In this document: one piece after another, positions 10,206-18,898 of the stretch
Layout: every line of letters starts with the position of its first letter
How positions within the stretch are numbered: the stretch's first letter is position 1
From: a virus
Lineage: Duplodnaviria > Caudoviricetes
Length of the DNA stretch: 64,000 nt
IMG/VR virus record: IMGVR_UViG_3300021403_000006
Coordinates: 1,139-65,138 of that record
Reading direction: 5' to 3' (one strand)
Made by a program: the position numbers and the translations under genes
The notes under the pieces: generated by a model
What the model was told of the DNA's origin: nothing
What the model saw: only the letters and a program-made list of their open reading frames with translations
Database searches by the model: none

Positions 10206-12082
10206 TAGTAGTTGATTCCTCCGTTGGCCGTGACGTTGATCTGGTATGCCTGGGGAATCTCGTATACGGCGCACACGATATCTCCGACCGTGGTGGCGAC
10301 CTCGTTGCGGAAGAGCGCAGTCACATTGACGTAGTCGACTCCCTCGACGTTCATGATGGCGTGGTAGACGCTGGACAAACTGACCCGATAACCAAAGTCG
10401 ACTACAGAGAAGAGGAAGAGGTTCTTGATCGCCGCGATCGCTGCGGACTGTACGGCTGCGTTTTGGTATTGAGGCAGGACCTGCACTGAGGCGGTCACGT
10501 TGCAGGGCACATATCCTGTCGACAGGACGCCCGCCTTGCTGTACTGCGGAGCCACGACCACAACCGACGTGGTCACCATCTTCTTGTCGTCCAGGTAGCC
10601 GGTGTAGGCCGAGTTGGTGACCGAGGGGGCCAGGGCACCTACCGCCGCGTTCAGCGCTGCCACCGTGGTGATCGGATCATTGCCGAACCCGAAGAAGTCA
10701 CCCGCCGGATGGATGTACACGTTGACGGCGTTATACGCGGTGGACGTGGCTGCCGCTTTGGCGATCTGAGGGATATTCAAAGTGAGGGCGGAGTAGTCAT
10801 CCAGACTCACTGCTCTGTTGATGGCCGTGATCGACAGGGGCGCGTGGATGCGTATGTGGTCGGTTGTCTCGACGTCCGCTCCACCAGAAGCGGGTTGGGG
10901 GTTGGTGACGGTGGTGATGTTCCCCGGCCCGTTCTGCAACTGGGTCAGAGTGCTGGCTGCCACGTTGCCAATGGAACCGCCACCCACCATGTAGTCGGCG
11001 GTGATCAGAGCGCCCGGCGCAGGTATACGCCCGGCGATGTTGTCACCGAAGCCGACCGTCACCACCCCGTTGGCGTCAGTACTCAAGGTGTAGGCCGGAT
11101 CACTGGAGAAAGCGTCCACGATGCGCTGGAAGTACTGCCATGGCAGTGGGCCACTGCCCTCATCGACATAGACCACCACGCTGCCGTCGATGACCGGGGT
11201 GTTGAAGAGGGTGAACTTCTGGGCTGGGGTGCCGTCCGAGATGCCGATCCCCTCACCCAGCGTGGACTGCCCATTCATGGCTGGTACTAGTCCGCTGTAC
11301 GTCGAGGGCGGGGCGGGCTGATACTGGACACTGATGGTGGAGCCGTTGGCCGGGATGGCCCCGTTAGTACCGTTGCCGAACTGGATGATATTGCCCTGCA
11401 CGACGGTGAAGACCGTGGCTGTGCTGGCTACTCCAGCGAAGGAGTTTCCCGGAGCCAGGGTCCATGTTGTCGCACCGACCGTCACGGTCTGGTTGCCGTT
11501 GCCCCCGTTGAAGATGTACCAGGGCGTGTGAGGCGGGTTGGGGTCAGCAGCTTGCAGCACGATCACCTGGTTGGGCTGACCGTTGCTCGTGGCGGTCACC
11601 GTGTGCGTGACACCGTCGCCGAAGATCCAGAGATCCTGCGTCGTTTCGAAGATGACGGGCGTACTGCCGATGGTCGCCACCTGGGTGGAGTTGGCCGGGA
11701 TCAACACGGGCGCAGACGGCGCGTTGATCGTGAACTGCAACGTGGCATTCGCGGCCACATTGCCGTGGGGCGTGTAGTCGAGCAGAGTGGCCAGATTGAG
11801 GATCGACTGACGCTGTTGAGCCGTTGCAATGAACGACTCATTCGCGACGCGATCGCTGTAGAAGTTCAGGATGTCGCCCATGTAGGCGAATAGCTCGATC
11901 AGCACGATCCCGAAGTCGCCGGGCGAGCGATCAGTCCACTCCGGCATGTAGGACGGGATCAACGTCAGCAGATCGTTGACCAACGAGGCGTAGTCCCGAC
12001 TGGTGTAGTCGATTGGCGGGACATTGATGCCGGTGGGGATCACATCGGAGATCGTCCCCAGCGAGACCGGTGCGACGCTCAT
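10205..12082 (-). CDS. Baseplate wedge protein, P2 gpJ/T4 gp6-like
   Basis: IDYTSRDY...PEWTDRSPGDFG..L.ELFAY; FGD..GRIP; GGAD.E...RAVS..DY. Confidence 0.92.
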   Translation of the reverse strand: MSVAPVSLGTISDVIPTGINVPPIDYTSRDYASLVNDLLTLIPSYMPEWTDRSPGDFGIVLIELFAYMGDILNFYSDRVANESFIATAQQRQSILNLATLLDYTPHGNVAANATLQFTINAPSAPVLIPANSTQVATIGSTPVIFETTQDLWIFGDGVTHTVTATSNGQPNQVIVLQAADPNPPHTPWYIFNGGNGNQTVTVGATTWTLAPGNSFAGVASTATVFTVVQGNIIQFGNGTNGAIPANGSTISVQYQPAPPSTYSGLVPAMNGQSTLGEGIGISDGTPAQKFTLFNTPVIDGSVVVYVDEGSGPLPWQYFQRIVDAFSSDPAYTLSTDANGVVTVGFGDNIAGRIPAPGALITADYMVGGGSIGNVAASTLTQLQNGPGNITTVTNPQPASGGADVETTDHIRIHAPLSITAINRAVSLDDYSALTLNIPQIAKAAATSTAYNAVNVYIHPAGDFFGFGNDPITTVAALNAAVGALAPSVTNSAYTGYLDDKKMVTTSVVVVAPQYSKAGVLSTGYVPCNVTASVQVLPQYQNAAVQSAAIAAIKNLFLFSVVDFGYRVSLSSVYHAIMNVEGVDYVNVTALFRNEVATTVGDIVCAVYEIPQAYQINVTANGGINY

Positions 12083-12513
12083 TATGTGGTGACCTCGACG
12101 CCAACGCCGCCCAGGGTGACGGTGACGCTATAGGTAGTAGGGGCTGACCCCACCGAGAACTGGATGTCCAGCATGACGACGCCGGAGTAATCTGGCTGAG
12201 GAATGAAGTCGATCTGATTGATCGTGACGTTCGGTTCCCAAACAGCGACGGCTTGCTGGACGTCATTGATGATCTGGTTCTCGATCAGCGGATCACCGTT
12301 CTCCCAGACGAAGTTGAAGATCCCGGCCCCGTAGCTAGGCCGCATGACCCGCTCTCCAGGGTTGGTCAGCAGTATCGCCAGGATGTGGTTGCGTGCCCAA
12401 GCCACTGGGTCAGTGTCATAGGCGACTTCTCCGGCCGCGTCGATATTGAAAGGTTGAGCCATCTCCCATACCGGGGGAAGCTGGCGGAAGTTGGTGGGGA
12501 CGATGAAGCTCAC
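12082..12513 (-). CDS. Baseplate wedge protein, gp25/GPW-like
   Basis: ILLTNPGERVMRPSYG...WEPNV. Confidence 0.92.
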   Translation of the reverse strand: MSFIVPTNFRQLPPVWEMAQPFNIDAAGEVAYDTDPVAWARNHILAILLTNPGERVMRPSYGAGIFNFVWENGDPLIENQIINDVQQAVAVWEPNVTINQIDFIPQPDYSGVVMLDIQFSVGSAPTTYSVTVTLGGVGVEVTT

Positions 12514-13328
12514 GGGAGCGCCCTCACCGTCATGAAAGCGAAGGGTGCGCCGACCCGGCCTGAGAGTCCAGCGGTGGAGTATTGGTGCTGGACGCTCAAG
12601 GTGTCGCCGACCACGCAGGGAATGATGTCGGTAGCTTGGGCCGTGTAGGCCGCGTTGGCGATGGTGGAGTCAGGACTACCGCCCCACGTCTGTCCGACTC
12701 CGTTCTTGCAGAGCCAGATGTTGCACCACTGATTGGCTGCCGTGGTGGCAAAGCCAACCTGGGCTGAGATGAGGTAGTCGGCGTTGATGGGGCAGGTGAA
12801 GATCCCTCCGGCAAACCCCGTGCCCCACGAGATCGTGTCGAACCCGTAGGTGACGAGCGTGGTTGAGGTGGGGTAGGCGGCAACTCGACAAGCACGAGCG
12901 TGGATAGGGCCGGTAGGGGTCGGAGCCGAGAACTGCCGGATGTCCTTGGGGGTGAGCGTCGTGGTCCCAGTGATCGACATGAGCGGGATCTCGTAGATCC
13001 CGTTCTGGTTCTGGGTGGGAACGGTCTGGCCCGGCACGAAGTAGAAGGCGATCGAGCGGGCGGTGGGATCCATACGGGCCACGACCATGCCAGCACCAGT
13101 GACGCCGACCGTCTTAGGGGAGTCACTCTCCCCGTAGTAACCATCGATCCACACCGCGCCGGTCTGGATCGTCACCACGGAGCCAGCGAGACTCGGTCGT
13201 AGGGCGTTTAGGTAGCTGGGTACGACACCGGATCCGTACCACAGACGGGCCATGAGCCGCCAACGGGCCGAAGTGGCGGTAGCACCCGACCCGGTGTCGA
13301 AGGGGAAGTAGTTGTCGACTACCGTCAT
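12510..13328 (-). CDS. Minor tail protein with C1q-like C-terminus
   Basis: YFPFD..G....RWR.MA.LW N-domain; FDT...FTCP...YLISAQV. Confidence 0.7.
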   Translation of the reverse strand: MTVVDNYFPFDTGSGATATSARWRLMARLWYGSGVVPSYLNALRPSLAGSVVTIQTGAVWIDGYYGESDSPKTVGVTGAGMVVARMDPTARSIAFYFVPGQTVPTQNQNGIYEIPLMSITGTTTLTPKDIRQFSAPTPTGPIHARACRVAAYPTSTTLVTYGFDTISWGTGFAGGIFTCPINADYLISAQVGFATTAANQWCNIWLCKNGVGQTWGGSPDSTIANAAYTAQATDIIPCVVGDTLSVQHQYSTAGLSGRVGAPFAFMTVRALP

Positions 13329-13564
13329 TCTTCAGGCTCCTGGGGCGGTGGTGCGTTGTGCTGCGCCCAGAGCCAGTCCGGGAGCAGGTCACTTGGATTA
13401 GGGGGGGACTCGGAGACTTCTTCTCCGGTGTCGTGATTGATGAACTTTCCGTCCTCGTAGTCGAGCGTGATCACGCCGCCGGAGGTCGAGCTACCAGGGT
13501 CAACCCCAGTGTCATCGAGGTCACTGATATCTGAGGTCCCGGCGTCCCCGCTGTCACTCGCCAT
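13325..13564 (-). CDS. Small acidic protein
   Basis: ATGA coupling to next gene; overlaps the upstream gene, so start is uncertain. Confidence 0.45.
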   Translation of the reverse strand: MASDSGDAGTSDISDLDDTGVDPGSSTSGGVITLDYEDGKFINHDTGEEVSESPPNPSDLLPDWLWAQHNAPPPQEPEE

Positions 13565-14313
13565 CCCAAAGTCTTCTTTCCTTGAGTCGTCGGTATTAGG
13601 GCTGAGAGGCCGACCGGAATAGCAAGCTGTCCACCAGCAGGGCCAGCCCCTGGAATGCTCGGCGTAATAGTCGGCGAAGTCTGTTGATCGGATTGCCCGA
13701 ACTGGTACGTCAACTGGCAGATGGCAGTCTGAGCTTGGCTGGCGTCAGTGAAGGTGACCAGCAACGTGCCGTTCAGCATGGCCCAGGTCGTGTATGGGAC
13801 TCTCGACGTCAGAATGTTCATCTGGCTGGTTGTACCGGTCCCGACCGAGACTGGGCCAGGGGCGCTGTTCCACCATCCCATACCCATGCCTGATGTGAAC
13901 AGGTTGCGGAGGTCGACCAGGGTCGTACCACTCACCAACCAGAGTGGCATCTCCCACTTGTTGGCATCCTGCTCGTAGTTGGTGGCCGGGTTGGAGCCGT
14001 AGTCCACCACCTGGTCGCGGTAATAGATCGAGACGTTCTGGTTGACGAGATCGGCTCCGGCCACGACGGTGCCGTTGGTTCCCACCCCGGTGATGGTCTG
14101 AGGATTCTGGACCTCGCCGTAATAGCCGTGGAGGAACAGGCCTCCGGTCTGGACTGTCACGGTCGTGCCCGCCAGGGTGGCGTTGAGTTGGTTCAGGTAG
14201 TTGGCCAGGATTCCGTCCGGTGCCCATAGCTGAGCCATCTTTCGCCAACGAGCGGTATTGGCGGGTGCGCCATTACCCAGGTCGAAGGGAAAGAACTCGT
14301 CAAGTAGGGCCAT
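13471..14313 (-). CDS. Minor tail protein (paralogue of 12510-13328)
   Basis: FFPFD.G.G....RWRKMAQLW shared N-domain. Confidence 0.7.
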   Translation of the reverse strand: MALLDEFFPFDLGNGAPANTARWRKMAQLWAPDGILANYLNQLNATLAGTTVTVQTGGLFLHGYYGEVQNPQTITGVGTNGTVVAGADLVNQNVSIYYRDQVVDYGSNPATNYEQDANKWEMPLWLVSGTTLVDLRNLFTSGMGMGWWNSAPGPVSVGTGTTSQMNILTSRVPYTTWAMLNGTLLVTFTDASQAQTAICQLTYQFGQSDQQTSPTITPSIPGAGPAGGQLAIPVGLSALIPTTQGKKTLGWRVTAGTPGPQISVTSMTLGLTLVARPPAA

Positions 14314-14709
14314 CTACGCTTCCGGCTCCTGCCCAATGGTGTGTAGAGCGCCCGGATTGATCCCCGTCTGCTTCTGCCCGTGGGTGCGGGCGTTCAGGTA
14401 GTCGGTCATATGGGACGGCACCTGCCCCATGCCCAACGTGTAACGCATCGCAGCCCCCATCCCGGCCCGCCGGAAATACTGGGCACGAGTGTGTGCCTCC
14501 ACCACGTTGCTGACGGCCTGTTTCACGGCGGGCTTGTTGAACTGAAGTCCGTTGGCGTTGCGGTTGACGAAGTGACCTATGCCCGAATCGGCAAAGCGGG
14601 ACGGGAACTTCATCTGAAGCTGCTCAGCTTGCGGCTGCGGACCCCTGGAGACACTCGGCCCCTGACGAGGGACACTCCCAATATCGAATAGTGATCCTTG
14701 GTCCGACAT
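14314..14709 (-). CDS. Hypothetical, likely disordered protein
   Basis: GGAGGTAAGG RBS then ATG at 14709. Confidence 0.6.
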   Translation of the reverse strand: MSDQGSLFDIGSVPRQGPSVSRGPQPQAEQLQMKFPSRFADSGIGHFVNRNANGLQFNKPAVKQAVSNVVEAHTRAQYFRRAGMGAAMRYTLGMGQVPSHMTDYLNARTHGQKQTGINPGALHTIGQEPEA

Positions 14710-14711
14710 CC

Positions 14712-15026
14712 TTACCTCCAGGGTTCGTAGGTGTTCACTGCGGCTCGGTCTGGATCCGATGTGTAGTGCCATGGCTCGTACCTATCGACCCCTGCTGCCG
14801 CCCGTCCTGGATCTGATGTGTAGTGCCATGGTTCGTTTCGATCGATCCCTGAGCTTGACTGTCTCGGTTGTTGACTGGGAGGCGTTTCATGGAACTGTGG
14901 TCCGAGATTTCTATTTGCATTTGGTGTAGCTACGGTTCTCCGCCCGAACAGACCCTTGCGCCCGCTTCTACCCTTCTGGGCCTCTCGTGCCCATTTCGTT
15001 TCGGAGTATGGGATCGCATCGGCCAT
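14712..15026 (-). CDS. Small protein with EPWHYTSDP repeats
   Basis: GGAGGTAAGG RBS; internal 19-aa repeat. Confidence 0.6.
   Translation of the reverse strand: MADAIPYSETKWAREAQKGRSGRKGLFGRRTVATPNANRNLGPQFHETPPSQQPRQSSSGIDRNEPWHYTSDPGRAAAGVDRYEPWHYTSDPDRAAVNTYEPWR
14750..14851. repeat. 57-bp-period direct repeat (two copies, plus a partial third)
   Basis: CTGGATCyGATGTGTAGTGCCATGGyTCGT at 14750 and 14807. Confidence 0.85.
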
Positions 15027-15028
15027 CC

Positions 15029-15532
15029 TTACCTCCAGGGCGGGGCGAGCTTGCGTAGCTGGGTGGTACGTCCGACGCCTCCAGTCGCGCCCTGCATGGA
15101 CTGCTGGGCTGGGCTGTAGTTGGGCAGCAGTGACAGCTTGGGAGCGTTGCGCTCGACCAGTACCTCGGTGCCGAAGGGCACGCCCTGGGCCATGCGCCTC
15201 AGCCCTCGGTCGGGCTGTAGCTGGCGAGGGAAGAAGTAGTCAGCCGGGTCGATCTTCTCGCCCTTGTGAACGCCCCGGACGTAGGAGCGCTGGTTCTGTC
15301 GGGTCTTGAGGCTGTCGAGCAGCCGGTCACCACGGCGGGTGTTGATCGTTCCCAGGTACCCATCCGGGTACATAGCCTCCGGCGTACGGTTGTAGGCGCT
15401 GCGTCGGGCATCCAGGGCGTCGCGGTAGTACGGCCCCATGCCACCGCCGCCCCCGGCGGTGTTGGCATTGCCGGGCGCGCCGTAGTTGTACGGCGGCAGA
15501 AACTGCCAGGGTGTGAAGGTGCCCCTGGGCAT
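15029..15532 (-). CDS. Phage hypothetical protein
   Basis: YPDGYLGTI..RRGDRLL...SY.RGVHKGE.ID motif; GC3-biased codons. Confidence 0.7.
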   Translation of the reverse strand: MPRGTFTPWQFLPPYNYGAPGNANTAGGGGGMGPYYRDALDARRSAYNRTPEAMYPDGYLGTINTRRGDRLLDSLKTRQNQRSYVRGVHKGEKIDPADYFFPRQLQPDRGLRRMAQGVPFGTEVLVERNAPKLSLLPNYSPAQQSMQGATGGVGRTTQLRKLAPPWR

Positions 15533-15533
15533 G

Positions 15534-15785
15534 TCAGCCTGTTATCGACGTGGCGTCGAAGAAGCTCCTGACCTCTTCGGATCGAGAGTGAGCGACGGGC
15601 ATCAACTGGCCGAGAAAATGTGGATCCTGTGGATCCCGGATTGAGGCGTCTTTTTCTGACGCCACCATGTCGTAGGTCGGGCCGTGCGGCTCCTTGAGGA
15701 CGTGGTCGGCGTACTCATAGCTGCCGCCGCCTCCGCTCGTGGGGGCCGAACTCGCCCCCCAGGTTCCTCCTCTGCCGTTACTCAT
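15534..15785 (-). CDS. Small Gly/Ser-rich protein
   Basis: ATGA coupling. Confidence 0.55.
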   Translation of the reverse strand: MSNGRGGTWGASSAPTSGGGGSYEYADHVLKEPHGPTYDMVASEKDASIRDPQDPHFLGQLMPVAHSRSEEVRSFFDATSITG

Positions 15786-16294
15786 CCCATCCCCTGTTCG
15801 CTCATGCCCGTCGAGAACGACGCGGCTCGGCTGGACTGGGAGGGCACGACCCGACCTCCACCCTGGGTAGGTACCGGAGATTGCTCCGGCATCTTCATCG
15901 AGGGAGACACGGTCAGTCGGGCACCAGCGGACTCTCCTGGCGACAACCGGCCACGAGCCGGATGCGGCTCAGCTTGCACCCCGGCCTTCACTCCGGAGGC
16001 GAAAGCGGCGTTGTCAGAAGACAGTGGAGACTCTCCACGTCCATAGGTGTCGCTGCCGGTCTCATAGCTATCCGGCACGCCTTTGAGGTGCCCTGCTGAT
16101 CCCATAGAACGACCTCCAGTCGAAGGGACGGACACGTTTCCTCTTGCTGTTGCTTCTGCTTGGCTCAATGCCGCGTCACCGCTGGGTGGGTAACCACCCC
16201 AGTTACCTTCCCCTCGTTCAGCCATCATCATGTGGCTGGAGGAAGCGCCCATACGGCGGCGGATTGCGTGGCCTACCTTGCGCTGATCTGCCAT
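15782..16294 (-). CDS. Gly/Ser/Pro-rich disordered protein
   Basis: Preceded by TAGCAT-N7-ATG, a leaderless-promoter signature. Confidence 0.6.
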   Translation of the reverse strand: MADQRKVGHAIRRRMGASSSHMMMAERGEGNWGGYPPSGDAALSQAEATARGNVSVPSTGGRSMGSAGHLKGVPDSYETGSDTYGRGESPLSSDNAAFASGVKAGVQAEPHPARGRLSPGESAGARLTVSPSMKMPEQSPVPTQGGGRVVPSQSSRAASFSTGMSEQGMG

Positions 16295-16301
16295 AGGAGA
16301 A

Positions 16302-16307
16302 ATGCTA
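16302..16307 (-). promoter_or_regulatory. -10 box of a putative leaderless promoter
   Basis: TAGCAT, 7 nt before ATG 16294, no Shine-Dalgarno. Confidence 0.55.
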
Positions 16308-16315
16308 GAGCGGGG

Positions 16316-16912
16316 TCACCTTCCGACCCGGACCAGTCGGCGTTTGGGAGCTACCGCGGTCGGGTCAAACTCGGTGCGACCTTCCAGGTTCTTGCACACG
16401 TCTTGCTGGAACTGCGTCATCTCTGGGTCGGCGTCCATGGCGTAGGCGACCCTGGCCAGCACATAGGCCTCGGCGATGTTGGTGTCATTGAAGTCCATGC
16501 TCCAGCGCTTGAGTACCTCCTTGGGGATCATCTCCTTCTTGGTGTTGCCGTTCCCGGCCACGAACTTCTTGAGTTGCTGAGGAGCCACCAGCACCGGGTA
16601 GGCCCGCCGATCACTATGTGGGAAGTGAGCCAGGATGGTGAGCTTGATGGTGGCCCCGATCTCCCCGGAGGCGTGCTGGCCGTACCTCTCGGCCATCGAG
16701 TAGGCCTCCATGGCGATCATCTTGATCTCCCCGATCTTGTCGAGCTTGCGTAGCTCGTCGTGGATCTCCACCATCAGGCGACGTAGCCGCAGTACCCCTG
16801 ATGGCATGGTGCCCTTGGGCTTCCAGGTGGTGATCAGCCCTCTGGACGGACTCCAGGCCACCAGGGCGCAGTTCTTGGAGCCGGGGTCGATGCCCACGTA
16901 GATGTCGGTCAT
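16316..16912 (-). CDS. ruvC: RuvC-like Holliday junction resolvase
   Basis: YVGIDPG...IAMEAYS...E..A..KL...P.QLKKFV.GNGN..K...N.AEAY.LA. Confidence 0.85.
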   Translation of the reverse strand: MTDIYVGIDPGSKNCALVAWSPSRGLITTWKPKGTMPSGVLRLRRLMVEIHDELRKLDKIGEIKMIAMEAYSMAERYGQHASGEIGATIKLTILAHFPHSDRRAYPVLVAPQQLKKFVAGNGNTKKEMIPKEVLKRWSMDFNDTNIAEAYVLARVAYAMDADPEMTQFQQDVCKNLEGRTEFDPTAVAPKRRLVRVGR

Positions 16913-17121
16913 CGACCTGGATCTTCCGCGTACCTACCCTTGTGCCGTAGAACCTCCTCCAACTCCGGGGTGAAGTCCTCCTGCTCAGACCAGTCCTCTT
17001 TCAGGGTCTCAGCCAGCCGGAAGGTCAAGGGGCTGAACCTGACCGGCGCACAGTGCATGCAGGCGTTGGCCTTGTCCATGTAGTAGAAGTGATCAAAGGC
17101 CCACAGTAGGGCGTCTTTCAT
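16909..17121 (-). CDS. Hypothetical protein
   Basis: ATGA overlaps at both ends. Confidence 0.6.
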   Translation of the reverse strand: MKDALLWAFDHFYYMDKANACMHCAPVRFSPLTFRLAETLKEDWSEQEDFTPELEEVLRHKGRYAEDPGR

Positions 17122-17690
17122 GGCGCTCCTCGATCTGCTCGCCGGTACCCCGGAGACTTGGCGTCGGTGCGCCGGGTCAGTTCCCGGCTCACCACGGCGG
17201 CGTCGCGCTCGGCTGACTCAAACAGCATCTGCTTGAGCTTCTTGCGGGCGTAAACGACCTTCAGGACGTCTCTGGCGCTCTGTACGGCTGGCTCCAACTC
17301 CATCTGCGCTCGCACCCAGGTAACGGCCTCTGAGACCCTCTCCGGCTTGTTGGCGGTCATGTAGAGACCCTCCAGCTTGCGAACCTCGGCGTCGGCGTAG
17401 CGCTCCCGGATCTCCTCGATAGCAGCCTGGTTCTGGAAGAAGTCCGTCCAGCGGGTCAGTTGCACAAAGAGGGCCATGAGTTCCTTGTCGGTGAGGTCAT
17501 CCAGGTCCTCCTCCAGCTTGGGCAGACCGAACTCCGGCTGCTCAGGCTCCGCGATCCCCAGATCTCGATAGACGTCGCGCCGGACGCCGTTCACCGACCT
17601 GGCCCACACTGCTGTCTCGTGCAGGCTCAGTGGCCTTTGCCGCTTGAGCCGCCGTGGAGCGACGGACAAGGATCCTCCTTCGGGGTTCAC
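17118..17690 (-). CDS. Coiled-coil protein, possibly a UvsY-like recombination mediator
   Basis: GAGGAG RBS before GTG 17690; long helical character; sits in the recombination cluster. Function is inferred. Confidence 0.5.
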   Translation of the reverse strand: MNPEGGSLSVAPRRLKRQRPLSLHETAVWARSVNGVRRDVYRDLGIAEPEQPEFGLPKLEEDLDDLTDKELMALFVQLTRWTDFFQNQAAIEEIRERYADAEVRKLEGLYMTANKPERVSEAVTWVRAQMELEPAVQSARDVLKVVYARKKLKQMLFESAERDAAVVSRELTRRTDAKSPGYRRADRGAP

Positions 17691-18606
17691 CGCCACTCCT
17701 CTCGTATCGTTTGCAGTCCGGGCAGCCGTCGAAAGGGCAGGCCGGGATGTTGCCGCCCTGGAGGGCCATGACGACCTGGCTGGCCCAGTCCAACCGGTCG
17801 GCGATGCGCTCTTCCCGGTACTTGACCACCATTTCCTTGACTCGTTGGTTCCATTTGCATTCGTAGAGGTAATAGAAGGTCTCTGGCGCTCCCATGTAGC
17901 TGTAGAAGTGACCTTGACGAATGTGGGACGGGAACGGCACCCGTATGGAGTCCCATAGGCCGTCGTAGTCCAGGAACTCTCGGTTCCGGCCATTGATGTT
18001 CAGCTTGTAGGTGTGGGCCTTGATCAGTTGAGGGGCCTCAAACCGCAGGCTGTTGACCCCGATGGACTTGATCTCGATGCCCGCTACATCCCGGTCGAGT
18101 CCATCGGCGTGCCCAGCCATCATCAGGCTGGGGCGGTACAGCGGCACCTCGTCGTAGCGAAGGAACTCCCGCTTAGCCCCGCACTTCTCACATTCCTGGG
18201 GAGCCGTATCGACCCAGGCGTACTTGCAGTCCATGCAATAAAAGACGCCCTTCAGCCGCCCCAGATCCCAGATACGGCTCTGCCACTTTTTGTGGATCTC
18301 CTTGCCCTCATCGAAGATCATCCGCATCTGCCAGTGGGTGACGGGGGCCTCCTTGTGAGGCTCCTGCCCGGCCAAGCGGTAGTAGCTAGCCCTGGGACAC
18401 CATTCCGAGTGCGACATCTCCGAGGGATGCAGCACGTCGCTCCGCCGCCCGTCGTTGTCGTCTTTGGTCAATAAGGCTCTTTGAATGTCGCCAAGGAGCC
18501 GGGTCTCTCGCTTGCTGGTTTCTAACAATGCGCGCAAGTTGGCGTCGATTACGGGACGGCGCTGCGGTGATGGCGATGATTTTTCCAGCGAGGAGAGCCG
18601 CTTCAC
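17542..18606 (-). CDS. Cas4/RecB-like PD-(D/E)XK exonuclease with Zn ribbon
   Basis: HPSE....CPR..YY; G..IH...Q; CxxC...CxxC; GHADG...EIKS; Q...Y; C-terminal Cys cluster; GTG at 18606. Confidence 0.85.
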   Translation of the reverse strand: MKRLSSLEKSSPSPQRRPVIDANLRALLETSKRETRLLGDIQRALLTKDDNDGRRSDVLHPSEMSHSEWCPRASYYRLAGQEPHKEAPVTHWQMRMIFDEGKEIHKKWQSRIWDLGRLKGVFYCMDCKYAWVDTAPQECEKCGAKREFLRYDEVPLYRPSLMMAGHADGLDRDVAGIEIKSIGVNSLRFEAPQLIKAHTYKLNINGRNREFLDYDGLWDSIRVPFPSHIRQGHFYSYMGAPETFYYLYECKWNQRVKEMVVKYREERIADRLDWASQVVMALQGGNIPACPFDGCPDCKRYERSGGEPRRRILVRRSTAAQAAKATEPARDSSVGQVGERRPARRLSRSGDRGA

Positions 18607-18898
18607 GGTGCCGCTCCCGCCTGATTCTGCGCCGTTCCCTTTCGGAACACCCGCCCCAGACGCCCCACTTCTCCCCGTTGCTGAGGGCGTAGTCGAGACA
18701 CTGGTCGAGGACCGGGCAGCGGCCTGGGTGGTCCGGGTGGGTTCCCAGACAGACCGCCTTGGCCTCGTTGACCTGACCGTTGTGCTGGTGATCGGCGTAG
18801 AACAGGTTGCTGGCGCTGTTGGCGCACACGTCGTGACGCTTGGCTTGGTCCATCCACGACGTCGGCGAGGCCCGCTCGTAGACCGGGGGCAGCACCAT
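18386..18898 (-). CDS. whiB: WhiB-family transcription factor
   Basis: C....LFY...AKAVC...CPVLDQCLDYAL...GVWGG.SERERR. Confidence 0.9.
   Translation of the reverse strand: MVLPPVYERASPTSWMDQAKRHDVCANSASNLFYADHQHNGQVNEAKAVCLGTHPDHPGRCPVLDQCLDYALSNGEKWGVWGGCSERERRRIRRERHREAALLAGKIIAITAAPSRNRRQLARIVRNQQARDPAPWRHSKSLIDQRRQRRAAERRAASLGDVALGMVSQG

Noticed and set aside
14750-14851. 57-bp repeat as a mini CRISPR array
   Set aside because: In-frame coding repeat, degenerate, only two full copies, no spacer structure
17542-17700. RRRILVRR and ARRLSR in the exonuclease tail as extra RRLVR copies
   Set aside because: They lie in an overlap where Arg-rich text arises passively; not counted
17542-18606. 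Cas4-like nuclease as a sign of CRISPR-Cas
   Set aside because: No array or other cas genes; stand-alone Cas4-like exonucleases are common in phages
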